Below are positions 51,501 to 64,000 of a stretch of DNA of 64,000 bases, piece after piece. The stretch lies in NCBI RefSeq assembly GCF_009914755.1, contig NC_060928.1. One strand, 5' to 3'. The position numbers were made by a program, and so were the translations under genes. Position 1 is the stretch's first letter, and every line of letters starts with the position of its first letter. Below the pieces are notes generated by a model. That model saw nothing but the letters and a program-made list of their open reading frames with translations, did no database searches and was not told the DNA's origin. Source of the DNA: the human T2T-CHM13v2.0 reference genome, Homo sapiens.

Positions 51501-54500
51501 GAATGTTAATGAGCAAGAAGAAATCATCTGAAAGTACAAAATTCACTGGTAATAGTTAACACACAGGAAAACAATGAATATTACAATGCTGTAATTGTGG
51601 TTTGCAAACTACTCTTATTTTAAGTAGAAACACTAAATGATGAACCAATAAAAATAACTACAACAATTTTTCAAGACATAGTACAATAAGACATAAAGAG
51701 AAACAACAAAAATTTAAAAGTAGAGGATGAAGTTAAAGTGTAGAAGTTTTATTAGTTTTCATTTTGCATGTTTGTTTATGAAATCAGTGTTGTCATCAGT
51801 TAAAGTAGTGGGTTATGAGATAATATTTGCAAGTTTTATGGTAACCACAATTTGAAAAATGTACAACAGATACACAAAAAATAAAAAAAGAAGAAATTGA
51901 GTCTTACCACTAGAGAAAATATCTTTCACTAAAAGGAAGACAGGAAGAAAGGAAAGAAGGAAGAGAAGACCATAAAATAAAATGGCAAGAGTAAGTTTCT
52001 ACTTAGTCATAACATTGAGCGTAACAAACTAAATTCTCCAATCAAAGACATAAGACTGGCTGAATAAATGAATAAACAAGACCCAACTGATCTGTTGCCT
52101 ATAAGAAAAACAATTCACCTAAAAAGATACACATAGATTGAAAATAAAGGGCTGGAAAAAGATATTCTATGACAATGAACAACATAAAAGAGCAGGAATA
52201 GCTATGCTCATATAAGAAAAAATATGTAAGATGGAAACTGTAAGAAGAGATAAAGAAGATCATTATATAGTGAAAAAAAGGAATCAAGCAAGAGGACATA
52301 ATGATTATAAATGTATATGCACCCAACACTAGAACACTCAGATGTATAAAGCAAATATTATTAGAGCTAAAGAGAGAGATAGATCTTAGTATAATAATAG
52401 CTGGAGATTTCTACACCCTAGTTTCAGTATTGGAGAGACCTCCCAAACATAAATTCAACAAAGAAACATCAGACTTAATCTGCACTATAGAATAAATGAA
52501 CCTAATAGATATTTATAGAACATGTCATCCAAAGGCTGCAAAATACATATTATTCTCAGCAAAAGAATCATTCTGAAGAATAGACCACATGTTAGGTCAC
52601 AAAACAAGTCTTATAATATTCAAAAAATTGAAATAATATCAAGCATCTTCTCTGAAAATAATGGAGTAAAACTTTTAATAAGCACATGAAAATTAAACAA
52701 TATGCTCCTGGATGACTAGTGGGTCAATGAAGAAATTAAGAAGGAAATAGAAAAATTACTTAAATGACAATGGAAACACAATATACAACACCTATTGAAT
52801 ATGGTAAAAGCAGTACTAAGAGGGAATTTTACAGCTGTAAGTGTTAACATCAAAAAAGAAGAAAAGCTTCAAATAACCTACTGATGCATCTTAAAGAACT
52901 AGAAAAGCAAGAGCAAACCAAACCCAAAATTAGTAGAAGAAAAAAAATACTAAAATCAGAGCATAAATAAATAACTTTGAAATGCAGAAAACTATAAAAG
53001 ACCAACAAAAAGTTTTTTTTTTAAAGAGATACACAAAATTGACAAATCTTTAGCCAGACTAATAAAGAAGAAAGGGGAGAAGACCCACATAAACAAAATC
53101 AGAGATGACAAAGTAGAATTACAACTGATATTGCAGAAATTCAAAGGGTCATTAGCGTTACTATGAGTGACAATATGCCACTAAATTGAAAACTCTAGAG
53201 AAAATGGATAAATTTCTAGGCACATATAACCTACCAAGATGGAAGAAATCCAAAACCTGAACAGACCAATAACAAGTAACAAGACCAAAGGTGAAATAAA
53301 AAGTTACCCAGTAAAGAAAAGTCCAAGAGCTGAAGGATCCACTGCTGAATTCTACCAAACATTTAAAGAAGAATTAATGCCAATCCTACCTAAGCTATTC
53401 TGAAAAATAGAGGAGGAGGAAATACTTCCAAACTCATTATACAAGGCCAGTATTACCCTGATACCAAAACCAAAGACACATCAAAATCAGAAAACTATAG
53501 GCCAATGTCACTGATAAATAATGATGCAAAAATCCTCAACATAATACTAGCAACCCGAATTCAACATCACACTACAAAGATTATTCATCATGCCTAAGTG
53601 GGATTTATTCCAGAAATGCAAGGATGCTTCAACATATGCAAATAAATCATGTTATGCCTTATGTCAACAGAATGAAGGACAAAAACTGCATGATCATTTC
53701 AATTGATGCTGAAAAAGCATTTGCTAAAATTTAACATTTCTTTATGATAAAATCCATAAAAACTGGCAATAGAGGAAATATAGCTCAACATAATAAAAAG
53801 CATATACAAAAGACTTACAGCTAGTATTATACTGAATGGGGAAAAACCACAAACCTTTCCTCTAAATTCCAGACCATGACAAGGATATCCTCTTTCAAAA
53901 CTGTTATTCGACATAATAGTGAAAGTACTAGGTAGAGCAATCAGACTAGATAAATAAATAAAATGCATCCAAATTGGAAAGGAAGACGTTGAATTATCCT
54001 TGTTTGCAGACGATATAATCTTATATTTGGAAAAGCCTAAAGACTCCACAAGAAAAGTATTAGAATTTATAAACTTAGTAAAGTTGCAGAACAGTGATCA
54101 ATCTGAAGAAGAAATTAAAAAGTATTTCCATTTACAATAAACACAAATAAAAATAAATACTTAGAAATTAATTTAAAGAAGAGAAAGATCTCTACAATGA
54201 AATCTATAAAACACTTATGAAAAGAATATAAATTACTCAAAGAAATGGAAAGATATTCCATGTTCATGGATTGGAAGAATAAATATTGTTAAAACGTCCA
54301 TACTACACAAAGAAATCTACAGATTCAATGCAGTTTATATCAAAATACCGATGACATTTTTCACAGAAATAGAAAAAAGAATTCTAAACTTCATATAGAA
54401 CCACAAAAGACCCAGAATAGCCAAACCCATCCTAAGCAGAAAGAACCAGCCTGTAGAAATCACATTACCTCATTTCAAATTATACTACAGAGCTATAATA

Positions 54501-56013
54501 ACCAAGACAGCATGATACTGGCATAAAAACAGTCACATAGACCAGTGGAACAGAATAGAGAACACAGAAAAAAAAAAAAATCCATACATCTACAATCAAC
54601 TCATTTTCGACAACTGTGCCAAAAACAAACATCAGGGAAAGAAAAGTCTCTTCAATAAATTGTGCTGGGAAAACTGAGTATCCATGTGTACAAAATAAAA
54701 CTAAAGACATCTCTCTCACCATATTAAAAAAAAATCAAAATGGATTGAAGACTTAAATCTAAGACCTCAAACTAGGAAAAAATTGTGGAAACTCTCCAGG
54801 ACATTGGACTGGACAAAGATTTCTTTAGTAATACCCCACAAGCACAGGCAACCAAAGCAAAAATGAACAAATGGAACCACATCAAGTTAAAATGCTTCTG
54901 CACAGCAAAGAAAATTATCAACAAAGTGAAGAGACAACCCACAGAATGGAAGAAAATACTTGCAAACTACCCATCTGACAAAGGATTAATAAACAGAATA
55001 TATAAGAAGCTCAACCAATAGGAAAAAATATAATATTTCAATTTAAAAATGGACAAAAGATTTGAATAGACATTGCCCAAAGGAGACATACAAATGGCAA
55101 ATAGGCATATAAAACGGTGCTCAACATCATTAATCATCAGAGAAATACAAATTAAAATTACAATGAGATGTCACTTCATCCCAGTTAAAAGACTCGCATC
55201 CAAAAGACAGGCAGTAAAAAATGCTGGAGAGGATATGAAGAAATAGGAACTATTGTACATTGTTGGTGGGAATGTAAGTTAGTATGATCATTCAAAAAAC
55301 TAATAACAGAGCTACCATATGATCCAGCAATCCCACTGTTGTGTGTATACCCAAGGGAAACGAAATCAGTATATTGAAAATATATCTGCACTCCCATGTT
55401 TGCTGCAGCACTGTTCACAATAGCCAAGATTTGGAAGCAACCGAAGTATTCATCAACAGATGAATGGATAAAGAAATTGTGGTGCATCTACACAATGGAG
55501 TACTATTCATCCATAAACGAGGATGAGATCCTGTCATTTGCAACAACATGAATGGAACTGGACGTCATTGTGTTAACTAAAATAAGCTTGGCACAGAAAG
55601 GCCATCATCACATGTTCTCACTTACTTATAAGATGTGAAAATCAAAACAATTGAATACATAGAGATAGAGAGTAGAAGGATGGTTACCAGAGACTGGGAA
55701 GGGTAGTAGGGGTTGGGGAAGGGGTAGGTGGAAGTTGTTTATGGGTACAAAAAAATAGTTTGAAAGAATGAACAATACCTAATATTTTGCAGCACAAGGT
55801 GACTATAATGAAAATAATTTAATTGTACATTTTTAAATAACTAAAAGAGTACGATTGGACTTTTTGTAACAAAAGGGGTAAATGCTTGAGGGGATGGATA
55901 CCCCATTTTCCATGATATGATTATTGCACATTGCATGCCTGTATCAAAACTTCATGTACCCCATAAACATATAAACATATGTACCCACAAAAATTAAAAA
56001 TAAGAATTTTTTT
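48587..56013 (+). mobile_element. Apparently full-length L1MA1/L1MA2-type LINE-1 (5'UTR, ORF1 ~50570-51560, ORF2 ~51980-55640, 3'UTR); ORFs inactivated
   Basis: Starts GAGCAAGATGGTGGAAT; ORF1 peptide SESLNSRIDQGEKRISKLED...LKRANLRVTGI; EN peptide IINVYAPN...IIIAGDF; L1MA2-type 3'UTR; degenerate TSD AAAAAGCTTACTACAG/AAAAGGCTACTAAAG. Confidence 0.92.
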
Positions 56014-56054
56014 AAAAGGCTACTAAAGTCCATTTCTGATACTTGAAATTAAGG

Positions 56055-56800
56055 TTCTGCATGGGAGCCAGGAAGGTGCACCACCAGGATAACCCTTCCA
56101 GGAAAGTACTTTCCAATCTGCTGCAACTGAGGCACCCAGCTAAGACATACTGGAACATTTGGACCAAAGCCTCTCTTTTGCTGCACACTTCTCAGCCAAA
56201 GGTCAATAAAGCATGGCAAGTGTGCTAGGGCTTGCCCAGGTTTGCCCAATGTGAGACTTGTCTATAGACAATATTGGAGCTTGGGCTTCCTGTAAGTCTC
56301 CAAGACACTTTCAGAGCCACACTAAACCTGAAACTCTAACTTCTTATTCTTTCTTCCTTTACTCTTTTCATAGCTATCAAACTTTTATGATGGTCTGAAG
56401 ATTTTGCTAGTCTATCTCTTTCCCTTTTACCCTTCACGGGCACTATTTCCAACAAATTTCTTGCACTTTTTTTTTTTTTTTTTTTTTTTTTTGAGACGGA
56501 GTCTCACTCTGTCGCCAGGCTGGAGTGCAGTGGCGTCATCTCAGCTCATTCTCCTGCCTCAGCCTCCAGAGTAGCTGGGATTACAGGCATGCACCACCAT
56601 ACCCGGCTAATTTTTGTATTTTCAGTAGAGATGGGGTTTCACCATGTTGACCAGACTGGTCTTGATCTCCTGACATCAAGTGATCTGCCCGCCTTGGCCT
56701 CCCAAAGTGCTGGGATTACAGGCATGATCTACCACGCCCGGCCAATTTTTTGTACTTTTAACTCCTTCTTAGGTTGTGCGTCCTGGTTAATCTAACCTGT
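56055..56800 (+). mobile_element. LTR40-like ERVL LTR interrupted by an Alu
   Basis: GATGGTCTGAAG...CCCTTTTACCCTTCACGGGC...CAACAAATTTCTTGCAC, then after the Alu TAACTCCTTCTTAGG. Confidence 0.6.
56467..56743 (-). mobile_element. AluS with ~30-nt internal deletion
   Basis: Poly-T, reverse dimer joining CAGCTCA directly to TTCTCCTGCC; TSD AATTTCTTGCACTTTT/AATTTTTTGTACTTTT. Confidence 0.93.
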
Positions 56801-58085
56801 ATGTTCTGTCAAAAACTGTCAGGAAAATGATGAGAATCTGAGGATTACTATAGGTCCCGATTGTCTAAGAAGATGATCAAAATACACTTAGTCATGGAAA
56901 GGATTATTTTTGGCAGCCACACAAGGGCAAAACATTGATTAATTTATTATCTATGGCCACCCAGAATGAAGGATTCATTGAACAGAAGGCTTCGGTGAAC
57001 CAATTAGTCACTTCAATGGAATTTAATAAATCAGAAGCAGTTTTATGTTTAAGAATCTTATCTAATACAACATGCTTTCCTTCTTAAAATATATAACTGT
57101 CAACAAGAAAGAAATGATAATTCCTTCTCTACCTCTTTTATAGAATCCTACAGTAAGTGTGCATTCCCCATTCCCCCATAAAAAGTAAATTTGGAAATTA
57201 GTGCTCTACAACAGTAATAATATTTTTTACTGTGGATGACAGTGTTTTAATGAAACAATTTTTTCTTCAGTGACAGAAAAATATGAGAAAACAGTCTTAC
57301 CAAAAAAGAACTGCTAATAATTTTGTTACTTCCTAACAGGAATATTTTAAAAATATTAACTAAAAATTATCTAGCATTATATTCTACTTTCTTTTTATCA
57401 CCATTAAAGCAGCCAGTCTCTGCTGTATTCAGTGTCACATGACAAAAAATACATTTTGTTCTGAGCTTTAACTTTCAAATGTAGTCCCACATAGGAAAAT
57501 AAATAGTGTATATCGTAGACAAATTTGGAGGGGAAAGAATTTTGAATAAGAGTAACTTATCTCTTATTGCCAACGTTAAACTTATTTTAGTTGGAGGGAG
57601 CCTAAGTGTTCACAGTGATTTTACAAACCCTGATGATCCCTGAGAAAAGGGAATGATATCGAGCTCCTTTAAAAGGTGTCTGGAGAGACGGCAAATCCCA
57701 AGCAGATTTTGGGATACAGAAGCAGAGAGTTCTTCATAGAGATTATGAGAAAGCAATCCCCCGAAAAGAAACAACTCCTTGATATAACTAAGCAGACCAG
57801 GCTTGAGACCATCTCAGAGTTTTTTTTTTTTTTTCCAAAATATAGAATGATTCCCATATCTTAGTAAAAGAAGCAATTGGAAATAATATGGCTGTGCCAG
57901 AATCACAGACCCCTATGGGACTGCGTGACTAAGCATATATTTCATTAAAAACCAAAGATAGTACATTCCTTGTCGGTAAATTGAATGAATTCCAAACACT
58001 ATAGTCTACTCAACATTTTCTCAACCTCAATATCATATTATAAATCTAGTAATGTAAAGATCTAGACTAATCTACTTCTACATAA

Positions 58086-60872
<2,787 letters not shown>

Positions 60873-60915
60873 ACAATGAGAACACATGGACACAGGAAGG
60901 GGAGCATCACACTCT

Positions 60916-60949
60916 GGGGACTGTTGTGGGGTGGGGGGAGGGGGGAGGG
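60916..60949 (+). other. G-quadruplex-forming motif of the L1 3'UTR
   Basis: GGGGACTGTTGTGGGGTGGGGGGAGGGGGGAGGG. Confidence 0.75.
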
Positions 60950-61194
60950 ATAGCATTGGGAGATACACCTAATGCTAGATGACGAGTTAGTGGGTGCAGC
61001 GCACCAGCATGGCACATGTATGCATATGTAACTAACCTGCACATTGTGCACATGTACCCTAAAACTTAAAGTATAATAATAATAAATAAATAAATAAATA
61101 AAAAATGCTTACTTAGTAACATAAAAATACTGAATAATTTTAAATTATTATTATATTCCTATCATATAAGAAATAATTTTGAATAACTCTCCAA

Positions 61195-61375
61195 GTACAA
61201 AGAGCATGGGCTTTAGATCACACATCTTAGTATGAATCCAGTTATTAGTTAATAATTGGCAGACTTCAATTTCTAGCCTACAAAATTTCTTCCATACTTG
61301 TGAGATTAAATTCAATGTACATAAAGCATCTAACAGAGTTCTTAGCACATAGTTGGCTCTCAAAAAATTACAGCT
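61195..61375 (+). mobile_element. MIR
   Basis: AGAGCATGGGCTTTAGATCACAC...TTGTGAGATTAAATT...TAAAGCATCTAACAGAG...GCACATAGTTGGCTCTCAA. Confidence 0.75.
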
Positions 61376-62039
61376 GAAGGTGTTCTTTAAAGAAATGAAT
61401 ACTGGCCACCAGACAAGGCTAGGGAGTATGCTGGCCTGGGAATGCTAACTGGCTGCCTCCCAGGAAGACTCAGCACCACATTTACCTCGCTGAAATTGTG
61501 TTGGTTCACAGTCTGCCCTTAAACTTTGCTTACTCAAAACTTGGTTTGTCAGCATATCAAGAATGCATCTGCTTTTTAGGTGTAGGCTTACATAAAAAAC
61601 TCCTTAAGACCGATCATAAAATACAGAAATAATTGGTTTATAGTGATGACAATAACTTCTGAAACTACTACGTTGGTGTCCTCAGACAATGTATTTTCTA
61701 CCTTAAAGAAAGAACTGCTTGGAAACTTAAATGAAGGATTCCTTAGTTTCTATTTGAATGTGTTTACTTTTCACATGAAGGATGATCAGAAAAATCATTA
61801 AAGTCTCTTTACTTTAACCAGCTCTTTGAACATCAATAGTTACAGAATAATTGCAGAAACTAACATTTGGCTCTGTCCAAATTCTGATTATACCATTACC
61901 AGGGCAAATGCAGTCGATGTCAATGGCTCTCACTTCATATCTAAAAAGTAGCATCATTTTTGTTTTTACTTTAATTTGCATTTTTGGGGAATTAGTTTTG
62001 CCGTCCTTGAAATAAAAATATTTGGAATGTCCTCTGACA

Positions 62040-64000
62040 CATGATTTTAAAGATTGATTTACACCTTCTACTTTGAAGACCCAGTAGGTTGCAAAAAGGA
62101 GGCAAAACTAACAAAGGCAAAGAAAAAACTTGAGAAAAGTAATGCCAATAGACAAATGGTAACTAATGTGCCTGCTCTGATAAAGTGGAAACTCAAGCGA
62201 CACAGACACCAAAAAAACAAGCTGATCTCCTTTAGAACCCAGAAAAAGCAAGATGAATTGGAAAGCCTTCAGACTCTGAAAGCAGACGTAGCAGTAAGGA
62301 TAGAAATGTGGTAATTGAAAGTTTATATAAGTACCTATTGGTTTTCAGGATTCCCTTTTGGTGACATTAATCACAGGAGTGGATGGTGGGGATGGAGGCC
62401 TAGGACACGTGACAACAGAGGTATCATATGGAAAACCAACCATATCTAACCCTTTCCCTCAGTCATTTTTGAAAATGTTTGCAGCCAGGTGTATATTTTC
62501 CAGGTAAGAGACAGATGATTTCATTATTAAAATAAGTATAAACTTTGAGTTATATGGATCTACCCAGAATTTTGGGGGTCCCACTAGGTCACATGCATTA
62601 GTGATAAAATGACAGATAGAGAAAGAGAGAGAATATAAGGAATTAACTCACAAGATTATGAAGTCTAAGAGGTCCCAAGATCTTCAGTCAGCAACATGGA
62701 GACACAAGAGAGCCAAAGTTGTGGTTCAATCCAAGTCAAAGTCAGAAGTCAGGAGATCAGTGTCATAGCTGAAGACTGGCAGAAATTAACTATCACATTA
62801 CCGTACTATGAATCCTACTTGACAACAAGTTTTCTTTTCCTCCAAACACAACATTTCCAATCAAGATTCTGTGTGTTTGTTTTAAACATAAACATATAAG
62901 AAAAAACCAGTAGTCATTTCAGAAAATCATTTGATGTGAAAGAGACCAAAACAAACAAAGAAAAGTCAGAGAAATTAAGGAGGGAAGAGAGGATAAGAAG
63001 ACTCCAAAGGCTTTACTTAATATCCTAGGGACAAAATTGAAGATGTTGCCACTCTGAAGAAAAAGCATGGAAGACTACTAACAGACAAACATTCAGATAG
63101 CAAAAGAGAAACTTAAGAAATTAGAAATATAATAGTAAATATGAAAAATCTTTACCACAGGAAATATAGATTAAAATATAAAATAGGAAAGAAAGGATAA
63201 GAAGATTAGCAGGAGGTTTAATAGTAAAACAATATGAATTAAAAACAAAAAACAGAAGAAACAAAGAGAAAGAAACTATCAAATAAATAATAAAATATCA
63301 AAGAACCAAAATAACTGAACTTTCAGATGTAGAGGTATAATTTGCTGTCCAGCACAATAGATAAAGAAAGATACACATCAAAGCACTTAATGGAATTTAA
63401 GAAAACTATGTTTAAAAAGAAAGAGAGAAAGAGGGGGAGAGAGAGAGAGAAAGGGAGGGAGGAAAAGCTGCAAGTTTCAGAAATCAGAATGGCCTCAGAC
63501 TTCTCAATGGCAACATTGGAAGTCAATGAAGCATCATCATCAAACTTTAGAGAAAAACTAAATTTCATCCTAGAATTCTAGGCATCATTAAGCTCTTAAG
63601 TTTGAAAATAGGATAAAAATATTTTCAGATAATCAATAGATCAAACACTCATTTCTTAAATCATTTCTCAGAAAGTGACTTGAAGAATTGCTCTGGCAAA
63701 ATGAAGAATTCAGCCAAGAAATAAAAAAATTTCCCCTCCATCTTTCCCCCTCCCCACCATAAGAGGGTTGCTACCAAGAAGAGCCTTGAAGGGAATCCAT
63801 GGGATGGTGATAAATGTAGCTGCCGGGATGATGTTGCTTACTGGACCTGACAACAATCAGATTGGAACAGCTGGAGGAAAGACTCCAAGAGTGATATCCG
63901 AGAAAAGATAAAATTGATTAGTGAACTTGTTTTTTGTTTGTTTGTTTGTTTTTAGTGTGCTAGGAGGAAACATATTTGGTAGGTGAAGTGTGAAAGATGC
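62040..64000 (+). mobile_element. HAL1, interrupted by MLT2 and running off the window edge
   Basis: ORF1-like AATCAGAATGGCCTCAGACTTCTCAATGGCAACATTGGAAG (IRMASDFSMATLE); CCTAGAATTCTA; CAATCAGATTGGAACAG. Confidence 0.7.
62605..62797 (-). mobile_element. MLT2 (ERVL) LTR fragment, internally deleted
   Basis: TATAAGGAATTAACTCACAAGATTATGAAG...GTCCCAAGATCT...GGAGACACAAGAGAGCC...AAATTAACTATCACA. Confidence 0.75.

Overview
Primate genomic DNA, probably human or great ape (AluJ/S/Y, THE1, L1PA2/3-type elements). It is AT-rich and dominated by interspersed repeats. I find no supportable host protein-coding exon, tRNA, rRNA, snoRNA or CRISPR array. The only long ORFs (58329-58946 and 59001-60872) are one 5'-truncated young L1 ORF2 split by a single stop codon. 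Contents include an apparently full-length ~7.4 kb old L1 (48.6-56.0 kb), several truncated L1 and HAL1 copies, 7 Alus plus a micro-Alu, solo MaLR/ERV1/ERVL LTRs, two decayed ERVL internal regions, Tigger2a, Tigger3, MER5A, a FordPrefect/MER91-type hAT element, MIR and L2. Subfamily names come from my recall of consensus sequences, not from a search. I see no convincing new biological system. The most unusual structures are a 122-bp, 96%-identical inverted duplication inside ancient ERVL sequence (40.0-40.9 kb), a higher-order VNTR multiplying a MYB-type motif in a MER51 LTR (25.7 kb), a ~24-nt Alu insertion with an 18-bp TSD (20.7 kb), a twin-priming L1 inversion (3.1 kb), several nested insertions, and a marked + strand bias of L1s and MaLR/ERVL elements.
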